Shown piece by piece: positions 46,430 to 55,580 of a DNA stretch of 64,000 nt (position 1 is its first letter; each line of letters opens with the position of its first letter). A program made the translations under genes and the position numbers. The stretch is from an uncultured delta proteobacterium (GTDB lineage: Bacteria > Myxococcota_A > Polyangia > Fen-1088): NCBI GenBank assembly GCA_963767925.1, contig CAVYGB010000002.1:1216001-1280000 (forward strand), written 5' to 3'. The notes beneath the pieces were generated by a model. It saw only the letters and a list, made by a program, of their open reading frames with translations, was not told the DNA's origin and did no database searches.

Positions 46430-47161
46430 TCACTTACCGGTCGCGGTGGGTGCGCCGCCGACCACGTTGCTCACGCGGAAGTCGACGGCCGGCTTGTCCT
46501 CCATGTTGGTGGTGGCGCCGCCCTTTTCGTACCCGGCGACCACAACGGACGTCGACCGGCCTTCCGCCGCAACGAACGTGTGGCTCGACCGTACATTGAA
46601 TTTGTAGCCCTTCAGATAGCTGAATACCCCGAATCCGTGGCCCTGGTAGAGGAGCTGGACCGACAGGGTGTGTGATCCCGGCTGGATCGCGCCCTTGTAG
46701 ACCTCGAACTCCTGGACCTCGCCGAGCTGTCCCGAGTCGTCTGCCTTGGAAAATATCTGCACCCCGTCGAGGGCGTAGACCGCTCTCACGAGGCGAAACG
46801 AAGCGCCCATCTCGTTGCGGTGCTTGATCAGGGCCTGCGAGGCGCCGATCACCCCGCCGAGCACGGTTTCTTTCAGGAGCTGCAGCCTGGCCTTCGTCCG
46901 GAAGACCTGTTCCTTTAGCTCACTCACGCTCCGCTCGAGGTGGCGCAACCGGACCGTGTAGCCACCCTCGGGGGGCGCCCCGGTGGGGGCGGCCGCCGCC
47001 GGGGGATTGTCCGCCGGCGGCTCGGCCGCGGGCTCCGCGCCGGCTCCGGTGGCGGGCGCCGGGGCGGCGGCGGAGGCGGTCTGGGTTTGCGCCTCACTCA
47101 CTCGCCCGGCGAGCAGGCAAAAGACACTGAGCACACCCGCTGCTGTTGGTCGCAGTCTCAT
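46430..47161 (-). CDS. Secreted protein of unknown function (signal peptide, Ala/Pro linker, coiled coil, beta-sandwich-like C-terminus)
   Basis: 243-aa ORF with LERSVSELKEQVFRTKARL and YQGHGFGVFSYLKGYKF; leads the glt-like operon. Confidence 0.75.
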   Translation of the reverse strand: MRLRPTAAGVLSVFCLLAGRVSEAQTQTASAAAPAPATGAGAEPAAEPPADNPPAAAAPTGAPPEGGYTVRLRHLERSVSELKEQVFRTKARLQLLKETVLGGVIGASQALIKHRNEMGASFRLVRAVYALDGVQIFSKADDSGQLGEVQEFEVYKGAIQPGSHTLSVQLLYQGHGFGVFSYLKGYKFNVRSSHTFVAAEGRSTSVVVAGYEKGGATTNMEDKPAVDFRVSNVVGGAPTATGK

Positions 47162-47417
47162 CGTGGTTCTCCCTGTGGTGCCGACGGCGGGGGGGTAGGG
47201 CCGCCTTGGCCCTGCGGCCTGGGAGGCACCCTGTATGGGTCGTTCGCTTTACTGGGAAGGTTCATTCTATACCAAGCAAGCCACTTCAGTCGCCTGCAAA
47301 ACAAGAGCGCGAGGGCACCTGCCTGGCCGGCGAGATTTTAACAGCTCTCCCTGGTCCCCGTGAATCGGATTGTCCGCCCCAACACTCGAGGACATTTCTC
47401 CGCTAGGCCTCCTACCT

Positions 47418-47449
47418 CCCTCCTCTCTCCCTCCTCTCTCCCTCCTCTC
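47418..47449. repeat. 11-bp tandem repeat, about 3 copies (CCCTCCTCTCT)
   Basis: Read directly from sequence. Confidence 0.7.
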
Positions 47450-47645
47450 GGGCCACCCGTCAGCCCCAGCTCCGTCCCCGTACGCGCCCCCGTCCCCGTC
47501 CCCGGGAAGCGTGGACCAACCTGCCACCAGCGACGCCGTCGGGCCGCCGCCGGGCACGAGACGGCATCGATCTGTCCCCCTCGGGTCCCTCCCCCGTCGG
47601 GGGCGACAAGCGCGGGGGGCTGGGCGGCTCCCGCCGCCCGCGGGA

Positions 47646-48785
47646 TCAGCGGGCCTTCGGCGAACGGATGCGCGGGCGGATCCCGGCAGCGTTGCGAGGA
47701 CGCCTGCTGGACTTCTTCACCGACGGGGTCTTCCCCTTCGGCAGAGCCTTGGGCTCGGCGCTGGCCGCAGCCTCGGCGCGGGCCTCCTTGCGGATCGCCT
47801 TCCACACGACCTCCAGGAGGTCCGGTATCCCTTCGCCCGTGACGGCGCTTACAGCCAGGAGCGGCAGACCGCGCTTGGCGAAGGCCTGCCGCATCTTCGG
47901 GAGCTGCTTTCGCGTCTGGGGCAGGTCGATCTTCGTGAGCACGACGATCTCGGGCCGCTCGGCCATCTTGGAATCGTAGAGCGCCAGCTCCTTGCGCAGG
48001 GTCTCGTAGTCCCGGGCCGGCGTCCGGTCGGGCGCGGGGCTGATCTCGATGAGGTGCACGAGCAGGCGGGTGCGCTCGAGGTGGCGCAGGAACCGATCGC
48101 CGAGGCCGGTCCCGGCGTGGGCCCCCTCGATCAACCCGGGGATGTCGGCCACCACGAACGACCGTTCGCCCGACAGGCCGACCACGCCGAGGTTGGGCAC
48201 CAGGGTGGTGAAGGGATAGTCGGCGATCTTCGGCCGCGCCGCCGAGATGCGAGAAATCAGCGACGACTTGCCGACGTTGGGAAAGCCGAGCAGGCCGACG
48301 TCGGCCAGCAGCTTGAGCTCGAGGCGGAGCGTTCGCTCGACGCCCGGCTGGCCCGCCTCGGACCGGCGGGGGGCCCGGTCGGTCGAGGTGGCAAAGTGTA
48401 TGTTCCCCCGGCCGCCTCGCCCGCCCCGGGCGGCAACGAACCGCTGGCCGTGGGTCTGCAGATCGACGAGCAGCTTGCCCAGCTCGTCGTCGTGGACCTG
48501 GGTGCCGGGCGGGACCTTGAGCACGAGGTCCGCGCCGCTGCGCCCGTACATGTCCTTGTTGCCGCCGTCCTCGCCGGACTGGGCCCGGTATTCGTGGCGG
48601 TAACGGAAGTCGAGCAGGGTGCCGAGGCCCTCGTCGACCTCCAGGATCACGCTGCCGCCGCTCCCGCCGTCGCCGCCCGAGGGTCCCCCCTTGGGCACGA
48701 ACTTCTCGCGACGGAAGGAGACCGCGCCCTTGCCGCCGTTGCCGGCGTGCACGTGGACGCGCGCCTGATCGATGAAGGCGGACAA
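47646..48785 (-). CDS. obgE: GTPase ObgE/CgtA
   Basis: [58 protein letters not shown]; follows rpmA. Confidence 0.98.
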   Translation of the reverse strand: MSAFIDQARVHVHAGNGGKGAVSFRREKFVPKGGPSGGDGGSGGSVILEVDEGLGTLLDFRYRHEYRAQSGEDGGNKDMYGRSGADLVLKVPPGTQVHDDELGKLLVDLQTHGQRFVAARGGRGGRGNIHFATSTDRAPRRSEAGQPGVERTLRLELKLLADVGLLGFPNVGKSSLISRISAARPKIADYPFTTLVPNLGVVGLSGERSFVVADIPGLIEGAHAGTGLGDRFLRHLERTRLLVHLIEISPAPDRTPARDYETLRKELALYDSKMAERPEIVVLTKIDLPQTRKQLPKMRQAFAKRGLPLLAVSAVTGEGIPDLLEVVWKAIRKEARAEAAASAEPKALPKGKTPSVKKSSRRPRNAAGIRPRIRSPKAR

Positions 48786-48838
48786 GACCGGTGCCTACCT
48801 GCCGGGGCCCGAGCGCCCGCGGTGGGCGGGTCGAGCGT

Positions 48839-49114
48839 TCAGCCGGCGGCGGCCGCCTGGGCCGCCACGTGGTCGATGCTCACGGTCTGCCGGCCGCGCG
48901 ATTTGGCGAAGCGGACGGTCCCGGGGACGAGGGCGAACAGGGTGAAGTCTCGCCCCATGCCCACATTGATGCCGGGGTGGAAGACGGTCCCGACCTGGCG
49001 AACCAGGATGTTGCCAGCCTTGACGAGCTGGCCGCCGAACCGCTTGACCCCACGCCGCTGGCCGTGAGAATCGCGGCCGTTGCGCGAGCTGCCTTGACCC
49101 TTCTTGTGTGCCAT
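48839..49114 (-). CDS. rpmA: 50S ribosomal protein L27
   Basis: [16 protein letters not shown]. Confidence 0.99.
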   Translation of the reverse strand: MAHKKGQGSSRNGRDSHGQRRGVKRFGGQLVKAGNILVRQVGTVFHPGINVGMGRDFTLFALVPGTVRFAKSRGRQTVSIDHVAAQAAAAG

Positions 49115-49150
49115 GGTGCCTGCCTCGTGAATCTGCGGGCTGGAGCCCGG

Positions 49151-49480
49151 TTACTTCTTCTCCGCCTGCTCGCCGCCGATGGCGGTGATGCGCAGGGCGG
49201 TGTACGGCTGGCGGTGCCCGGCCTTGCGCCGGTACGACTTGCGCCGCTTGTACTTGAACAGAATGATCTTCTTGCCGCGGCCCTGCTCGAGAACCTCGGC
49301 CTCGACCTTGATACCGCTGACCAGGGGGTTTCCCACCCGGACCTTGCCGGCATCATCGGCAAACAGCAGGGAGTCGAACGTGAGCTTGTCCCCCGCAGAA
49401 GCGGGCAGCTTCTCGACCCGAAGGGTCTCCCCTTGGGCGACTCGGTACTGCTTTCCTCCGGTGCGTATGACGGCGTACAT
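49151..49480 (-). CDS. rplU: 50S ribosomal protein L21
   Basis: [14 protein letters not shown]...[19 protein letters not shown]. Confidence 0.99.
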   Translation of the reverse strand: MYAVIRTGGKQYRVAQGETLRVEKLPASAGDKLTFDSLLFADDAGKVRVGNPLVSGIKVEAEVLEQGRGKKIILFKYKRRKSYRRKAGHRQPYTALRITAIGGEQAEKK

Positions 49481-49503
49481 GGGCGTCTCCAGGCGAGCGG
49501 GGT

Positions 49504-49531
49504 AATTTAGTTCAATCGCTGCCCCTGTCAA
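49504..49531 (-). promoter_or_regulatory. Putative sigma70 promoter of rplU-rpmA-obgE
   Basis: TTGACA-N16-TAAATT ending 24 bp upstream of the rplU ATG. Confidence 0.65.
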
Positions 49532-49617
49532 GAGCCCTGATCGGCGGCTCCCTGAAAAGAGGCGGGGCGGTTGGACTGGGTGGGTCTTCTGGTCGGGCTA
49601 TCGGTCGGGCTGTCTAT

Positions 49618-49666
49618 CAGGTTGTCGGTCGGGCAGGTTGTCGGTCGGGCAGGTTGTCGGTCGGGC
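49618..49666. repeat. 16-bp tandem repeat x3 (CAGGTTGTCGGTCGGG), with degenerate GGTCGGGC copies just upstream
   Basis: Read directly from sequence. Confidence 0.85.
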
Positions 49667-49706
49667 GATCCGGGTCTCTGGGCCAGCTTCGGCCGGGTCC
49701 TGGTGT

Positions 49707-49738
49707 TTTCTTGGGGGTTTCTTGGGGGTTTCTTGGGG
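49707..49738. repeat. 11-bp tandem repeat, about 3 copies (TTTCTTGGGGG)
   Basis: Read directly from sequence. Confidence 0.8.
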
Positions 49739-49752
49739 CGGTCGTGTCCCGG

Positions 49753-51033
49753 TCAGCAGGGGCGGCGCCGGGCCAGTACGGCCCGGCCGTGGCCGTGCAG
49801 CCCCTCCACGTCCGCAAGGCGGACGATGTCGTCTACCTGGTCTTCGAGGGCCTGTGCCGAATATTCGATGGTGGAGGTGCGCTTGACGAAGTCCCCCACC
49901 CCCAGGGGCGACGAGTAGCGGGCGCTGCCCCCGGTGGGCAACACGTGGCTGGGACCGGCGAAGTAGTCGCCGACCGCCTCCGAGGCGTGGTGTCCCACGA
50001 ACACCGCCCCCGCCACCACCCGGTCGGCCAGACGGCGGGCGTCGGCCACCGCCAGCCCCGCGTGTTCGGGGGCGATCAGATTGAGGGCGCGCAGGGCCTC
50101 CTCCCGGTCGGCCACCACGATGGCCACCCCGTGGTCGCGCAGGGCCTGTTCGGCGATCGCCCGCCGCGGCAGGCTGGCGACCTGGCGCGCGAGCTCGACC
50201 CCGATCCGCTCGGCCACCTCTGCTCCGACTGCGATGAGGATGGGGACCGCCAGGGCGTCGTGCTCGGCCTGGGCCAGCAGGTCGGCCGCCACCCAGGCCG
50301 GATCGGCGGCGCCGTCGGCGACGATGGCCACCTCGGTGGGACCCGCGACCATGTCTATGCCCACGTCGCCGCAGACCAGGCGCTTGGCTGCGGCCACGTA
50401 GGCGTTGCCCGGACCCACGATCTTGTCGACCCGGGGCACGCTCTCGGTGCCGTAGGCCAGGGCGGCGATCGCCTGGGCCCCCCCGATGACGAACACCCGA
50501 TCGACCCCGGCGATCTCGGCGGCGGCCAGCGCCTCGGGTGAAGGCCCCGGCGTCGTCATCACCACCTCCTTCACGCCCGCCACCCGGGCGACGATGGCGG
50601 TCATCAGCACCGTCGACGGGTAGAGCGCGGTCCCCCCCGGCACGTAGACCCCCACCCGCTCGAGCGGGGAGACCCGCGAGCCGAGGCGAATGCCCTCCTC
50701 TTCGTATTCGAAGGAGCGGGGCATGTTGGCCCGCTCGTGCTCGTGAAAGCGTCGGACTCGATCCGCGGCCCGTTGCAGGCTGGCCCGCAGGCGAGCGGTC
50801 ACCGTCGCGGCCTGGGCCTGCCAGTCGGGACGCGCGAGCTCGAGCGCGGTCAGCGCCCGCTTCTCGAAGCGGAGGGTGAACTCCCGGACCGCGGCGTCGC
50901 CCCGGGTCCGCACCTCCTGCAGCACGTGCCGGGCAGCCTGCTCGACCTCCGCGGGCACCTCGGACGCGCGGCGCGCAAGGGCCCGCAGCTCCGGTTCGTA
51001 GTCGGGACTGTCGGCGCTGATGCTGCGAAGCAT
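49753..51033 (-). CDS. hisD: Histidinol dehydrogenase
   Basis: [61 protein letters not shown]; start at MLRSIS (51033). Confidence 0.97.
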   Translation of the reverse strand: MLRSISADSPDYEPELRALARRASEVPAEVEQAARHVLQEVRTRGDAAVREFTLRFEKRALTALELARPDWQAQAATVTARLRASLQRAADRVRRFHEHERANMPRSFEYEEEGIRLGSRVSPLERVGVYVPGGTALYPSTVLMTAIVARVAGVKEVVMTTPGPSPEALAAAEIAGVDRVFVIGGAQAIAALAYGTESVPRVDKIVGPGNAYVAAAKRLVCGDVGIDMVAGPTEVAIVADGAADPAWVAADLLAQAEHDALAVPILIAVGAEVAERIGVELARQVASLPRRAIAEQALRDHGVAIVVADREEALRALNLIAPEHAGLAVADARRLADRVVAGAVFVGHHASEAVGDYFAGPSHVLPTGGSARYSSPLGVGDFVKRTSTIEYSAQALEDQVDDIVRLADVEGLHGHGRAVLARRRPC

Positions 51034-51084
51034 GGGGACCGGTGGTTTAGCACGCCCACGCAGCCCCCGTTTACACGCCGGAGT

Positions 51085-51777
51085 CCCCTCACCCCACCCT
51101 CTCCCCGCTACCGCGGGGCGAGGGCGAACGCACAGCGGGACGCGAAAATCTCGCCCCCTCCGCAAGCCACCCGCTCTGACGACTGGCGAGGCATCTCCCC
51201 AACTTTTCAACCCCGCCCGGACGAGCCTCGGACCATCTCTCCGTCGTTCAACCCCGCCCGGACGAGCCTCAGACCATCTCTCCGTCGTTCAACCCGCCCG
51301 GACGAGCCTCGGACCACCTCTCCGTCGCTCAACCCGCCCGGACGAGGCTCGGACCATCTCTCCGTCGTTCAACCCGCCCGGACGAGCCTCGGACCATCTC
51401 TCCGTCGTTCAACCCGCCCGGACGAGCCTCGGACCACCTCTCCGTCGCTCAACCCGCCCGGACGAGGCTCGGAGCACCTCTCCGTCGTTCAACCCGCCCG
51501 GACGAGACTCGGACCACCTCTCCGTCGTTCAACCCGCCCGGACGAGGCTCGGACCACCTCTCCGTCGCTCAACCCGCCCGGACGAGACTCGGACCACCTC
51601 TCCGTCGTTCAACCCGCCCGGACGAGACTCGGACCACCTCTCCGTCGTTCAACCCGCCCGGACGAGACTCGGAGCACCTCTCCGTCGTTCAACCCGCCCG
51701 GACGAGGCTCGGGGGCGCCTCTCCCATTGTTCGCCCTCGCCCCGCGGTCTGCCGCGGGGAGAGGGAGGGGTGAGGGG
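51085..51777. mobile_element. REPIN/MITE-like element: two inverted palindromic REP-like ends (51085-51129, 51729-51777) enclosing a tandem array
   Basis: CCCCTCACCCC(A/T)CCCTCTCCCCGC..GCGGGGCGAGGGCGAAC at the left and its reverse complement at the right; related shorter copy at 55342-55508. Confidence 0.65.
51206..51712. repeat. 40-bp tandem repeat array, 12 full units plus 1 partial, no spacers
   Basis: Unit AACCCGCCCGGACGAG(C/G/A)CTCGGA(C/G)CA(C/T)CTCTCCGTCG(T/C)TC repeated head-to-tail; the first two units are 41 bp. Confidence 0.97.
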
Positions 51778-51843
51778 CCTCCGGTGTTCGCCGGTCGGAG
51801 CGGGCCTGCTGGCAGCGCTGAGCGACGGGCGGTTCAGCGCGGG

Positions 51844-52242
51844 TTATTTGCCGTTTTTGCCGCCGGGAGCGGCCTTCTTTTGCGACTTGTCTTTCGGCCT
51901 GTCTTTGGCCGCTCGGCGTGCTTCCCGGTACTTCTTGATCGAAGCCTTCGACACGTCCTTGTGCTTGGCGCAAACCATCCCAAACACCGGTGCAGCGGGA
52001 TTGTTACATCCGGGAACTGGACATAGCTGTTTGGGTCGGCGGCGAACGGGGGTAGCCCCTAGAAACGCGGCGAACTTGGGCGGCCGCCCGCGGCGACGAG
52101 GAAGAGCACCACCACCGACGGCGGCGATCACCATCTGCCGGGCCCGACTGGCGGCGTCGGCCTCGACAGCGGAAACCAATCGCCCCACAAAGTCGTCTAC
52201 CAGAGAACGGATGTTGGATTCGGGAGGTGATGTCCTGGCCAT
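51844..52242 (-). CDS. Small basic putative DNA-binding protein (helical N-terminus, AT-hook, C-x4-C-x11-C-x2-H motif, Lys-rich tail)
   Basis: RRRGRPPK AT-hook; CPVPGCNNPAAPVFGMVCAKH; 132 aa from ATG 52242. Confidence 0.72.
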   Translation of the reverse strand: MARTSPPESNIRSLVDDFVGRLVSAVEADAASRARQMVIAAVGGGALPRRRGRPPKFAAFLGATPVRRRPKQLCPVPGCNNPAAPVFGMVCAKHKDVSKASIKKYREARRAAKDRPKDKSQKKAAPGGKNGK

Positions 52243-52327
52243 TTGTAACCCCACGGGAGATTGGTGTCTTTCTTGCGCAAAGTAAAGTCGAATCTCGCCC
52301 GCGCGGAACCGTAAGAGCGCGTGCAGG

Positions 52328-52749
52328 TCAGGATCGACAGTGCGTGATCGTCGGATCGCTGTTGGCGGCAACTTCGCCCGCTTCGACAGCGTCTCGCTGC
52401 TCGTCTTTTCTGGAGTGTCTTGCTCGCCTCGCGTGCGTGGCCTGTGTACGCACCTTGGTGTTCACCGCCGTACGGATGTCCGCATCGGGCGCGATCCTCT
52501 CCAGGTGCGCGCGAACATCCGCGCACCCATCGTCTTCGTCTTCGGGCATCGTCTCCCGGGCCCGCTCCGACGAGGATCTTTCCTGGTTTTCCGACGCTGG
52601 CGCCGATCCGGCCGGACGCCGGGACACGCGCGCGACGCCTCTGCCGACCGCTGCCTCGCCCGCAACGAACGCCCCGAAGCGGCGCAACCGGACCGCGCGG
52701 CCGCCGAGGTCGACGTACATCCCCCGAGTACCGCGCGAGTCTTAACCAT
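52328..52749 (-). CDS. Possible hypothetical protein (may need a frameshift in the G-run near 52722)
   Basis: ORF 52328..52720 plus an upstream ATG at 52749; no recognisable motif. Confidence 0.25.
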
Positions 52750-53160
52750 CCTCCCGCTATTTGGTTGCTGGTTTGTCGCTGCTTTTGTGGGTGGATTCTC
52801 CAGCCCGGTCGGTTCGGCGTGCGTTTCGCAATTGTTCCTTCTCGTTGCGGGCTCGCCGAACCACCACCTTCAACAACCGGCTTGTTGAGCCAAACTTCAG
52901 CGGAGCAACATCCGGCTTACCCCCGCGAGGTCCCCCGATGATTCGCCGGTCCAGCGCGCAACGTGGCGACTCGGGCGCGACACCGATCGGCGTCCGCTCG
53001 GAGCAGACCGGGTGATCGCCCGATCGGGCAGCGAGCGAGCCAGGCGAGCCGCGCCGGCTCCTCTCGGGCCTGTGATGCCGTTCCTGCCTACGGGCACCGT
53101 TCCCGGGCGGTGACGAAATAGGCTTGACGGGGAAGACGGGCCTCTCGATTATTCCGCGAC

Positions 53161-55317
53161 ATGGCGAGCCGACCAAACGCAGGAGGACCAGGACCCGGCT
53201 CCATGCTGCAGCAAGGTGACGTGCGCGGCCTCGTCCGCAAGTATTCCGACGTCGGGCTGGCGCTGGTGGTCGTGGCGATCGTCGGGATGATGATCATCCC
53301 GCTGCCGACCTTCATCCTCGACCTGCTCATCGCGATCAACATGACGGTGGCGGTGACCCTGCTGCTGGTCGCCATCTACGTGAGCGAGGCGCTGAAGATC
53401 GCCACCTTCCCCACGCTGCTTGCTGCTCACCACTCTGTTCCGGCTGGCGATCGAGGTGTCTGCCACCCGCCTCATCCTGCTGCAAGGCCGACGCCGGCCA
53501 CGTGATTCACGCCTTCGGCAACTTCGTCGTCGCCGGCAACCTGGTGGTGGGCGCCGTCATCTTCTTCATCCTCACCATCATCCAGTTCATCGTCATCTCG
53601 AAGGGCTCGGAGCGGGTGGCCGAGGTGGGGGCCCGCTTCACCCTGGACGCCATGCCCGGCAAGCAGATGTCGATCGACGCCGAGCTGCGCGCCGGCCACA
53701 TCGACCACAACGAGGCCCGCCGCCGCCGCAGCATGCTGTCCCGGGAGTCGCAGTTCTTCGGCTCGATGGACGGCGCCATGAAGTTCGTCAAGGGCGACGC
53801 CATCGCCGGCATCATCGTGCTGGTCACCAACATCGTCGGCGGCCTCATCATCGGCATCGTGCATGCGGGGGATGGAGGCCGGCGAAGCCGCCCGCACCTA
53901 CACCATCTTGACCATCGGCGAGGGGCTGGTGGCCCAGATCCCGGCCCTCATCATCTCCACCGCGGCCGGCATCATCGTCACGCGCGTCGCCTCGGAGGAG
54001 GAGGGCGGCAACCTCGGCGCCGACATCGGCAATCAGATCCTGGGCCAGCCGAAGGCCCTGATGGTCTCCGCCGCCATGTTGATCCTGCTGGCCCTCGTGC
54101 CAGGCATGCCCAAGATTCCCTTCCTCGTCCTCTCGGCGCTCATCGGGACGGTGGGCTACCGTCTGATGAAGGCGGAGAAGGCCAAGGCCGCCGCCCCCGC
54201 CGGACAGGCTGCAGGCGCTGCCGCTCCGGGCGCGCCCGCGGGGGCGCCGCCGCAGGGCAAGGAGAAGGCCCCCGGCGCCAAGGCCGATCCCCCCTCCCCC
54301 GTCCTCACCCCGATCGCGCTCGAGCTGTCGACCGCGCTCGGCAACGCCTTCAACTCCGACGGCAGCGGCGGGCGCTTCGTCAAGGAGCTGCTCCCCCTGC
54401 TGCGCGAGCGGGTGTTCAACGAGCTCGGCATCCCCCTGCCGGCGGTGCGCATCCGCCCCGGCATCCCCGGCCTGGCGGCCAACGCCTACGCCATCCGCCT
54501 GCAGGAGGTGGTGATGGGCAAGGGCGAGCTGACCGTGGGGGGCGGGCTGGCCGCCGAGACCCCCGAGCGCCTGGCGGAGATGGGCATCCGGGGGCAGCCC
54601 GGGCAACTCCCCGAGGGGGGCCCCGCCACCTGGATCGCGGCCGCCGACCTGCCGCGCGCCAAATCGGCCGGCGTGCAGGCGCTGGGGATCGAGGAGGTCG
54701 TGGTCCGGCACCTCATCCACCTGGTGCGCCGCTACGGCTACGAGTTCATCGGCATCCAGGAGACCCAGGTGCTGATCGACGGGCTCGAGCGCACCCACCC
54801 GGCGCTGGTCCGGGAGGTGGTGCCCAAGCTTGTCTCCCCCGTCCTGCTGACCGACGTGCTCAAGCGGCTGGCCGAGGAACAGGTCTCGATCCGGGGCCTG
54901 CGGGAGGTGCTGGGCGCGCTGGCGGAGTGGGCCCCGGTCGAGCGCGATCCGGTGGCCCTGACCGAACACGTGCGTTCCGCCCTGCGGCGGCAGATCACGT
55001 CGAAGTACGCCGGCCCCAGCGGGGCGCTGCCGGTCTACCTGCTCGACCCCATGATCGAGGAGACCATCCGGGAGTCGATCCACAAGACGCAGACCGGCAG
55101 CTACCTGGCGCTCGAGCCGGCCCTGTCGCGCGACATCCTCGCGGCGGTGGGCCGGACCGTGAGCGGCGGGAGCAGCGCGGTCATCCTCACCAGCGCCGAG
55201 ATCCGCCGCTACGTCCGCCGCCTTGTCGAGTCCGAGTACCCCCAGCTCGCCGTGCTGTCGTACCAGGAGCTGTCCCCCGAGACCCAGCTCCAGCCCCTCG
55301 GCCGGATCAAGGTCTAG
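53161..55317 (+). CDS. sctV: Type III secretion export-gate protein SctV (FHIPEP FlhA/LcrD family); frameshifts near 53420, 53490 and 53863
   Basis: [91 protein letters not shown]. Confidence 0.92.
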
Positions 55318-55341
55318 CACCCCGCACGAGGTGAGCGCAGA

Positions 55342-55508
55342 CCCCTCACCCCTCCCTCTCCCCGCTGCGCGGGGCGAGGGCGAACAATTTGCCAGGTGCC
55401 CCGATCATCTTCCGAGCAGCGAATCCATCTCGGACTTGCCGTGATTTCCGCGCCTCGTTGTCCGTTCGCCCTCGCCCCGCGGCAGCGGGGAGAGGGAGGG
55501 GTGAGGGG
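55342..55508. repeat. Short copy of the REPIN-like element, in opposite orientation to 51085-51777
   Basis: Same inverted REP-like ends (55342-55385, 55464-55508) with similar inner flanks and about 80 bp of interior. Confidence 0.8.
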
Positions 55509-55580
55509 TCTCCGGCGGGGTTCGGAGCCGGTGCAGGACGAGACTGCGCGAGGGTTCACGGTTCGGGGGCAAGGAGTGTC

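Noticed and set aside
51206..51712. CRISPR array
   Set aside because: Units are contiguous with no unique spacers, and no cas genes are in the window
50737..52285. Long repetitive ORFs (429 and 421 aa) over the tandem array
   Set aside because: They are by-products of a stop-free 40-bp repeat cycling through frames, and they overlap hisD and the AT-hook gene on the opposite strand
53124..53152. Promoter TTGACG-N17-GATTAT just before sctV (possible leaderless transcript)
   Set aside because: The -10 match is too weak to support from sequence alone
53161..55317. Flagellar gene cluster (flhA)
   Set aside because: No other flagellar genes are present; FlhA versus SctV cannot be settled without a phylogeny, so it is called FHIPEP/SctV
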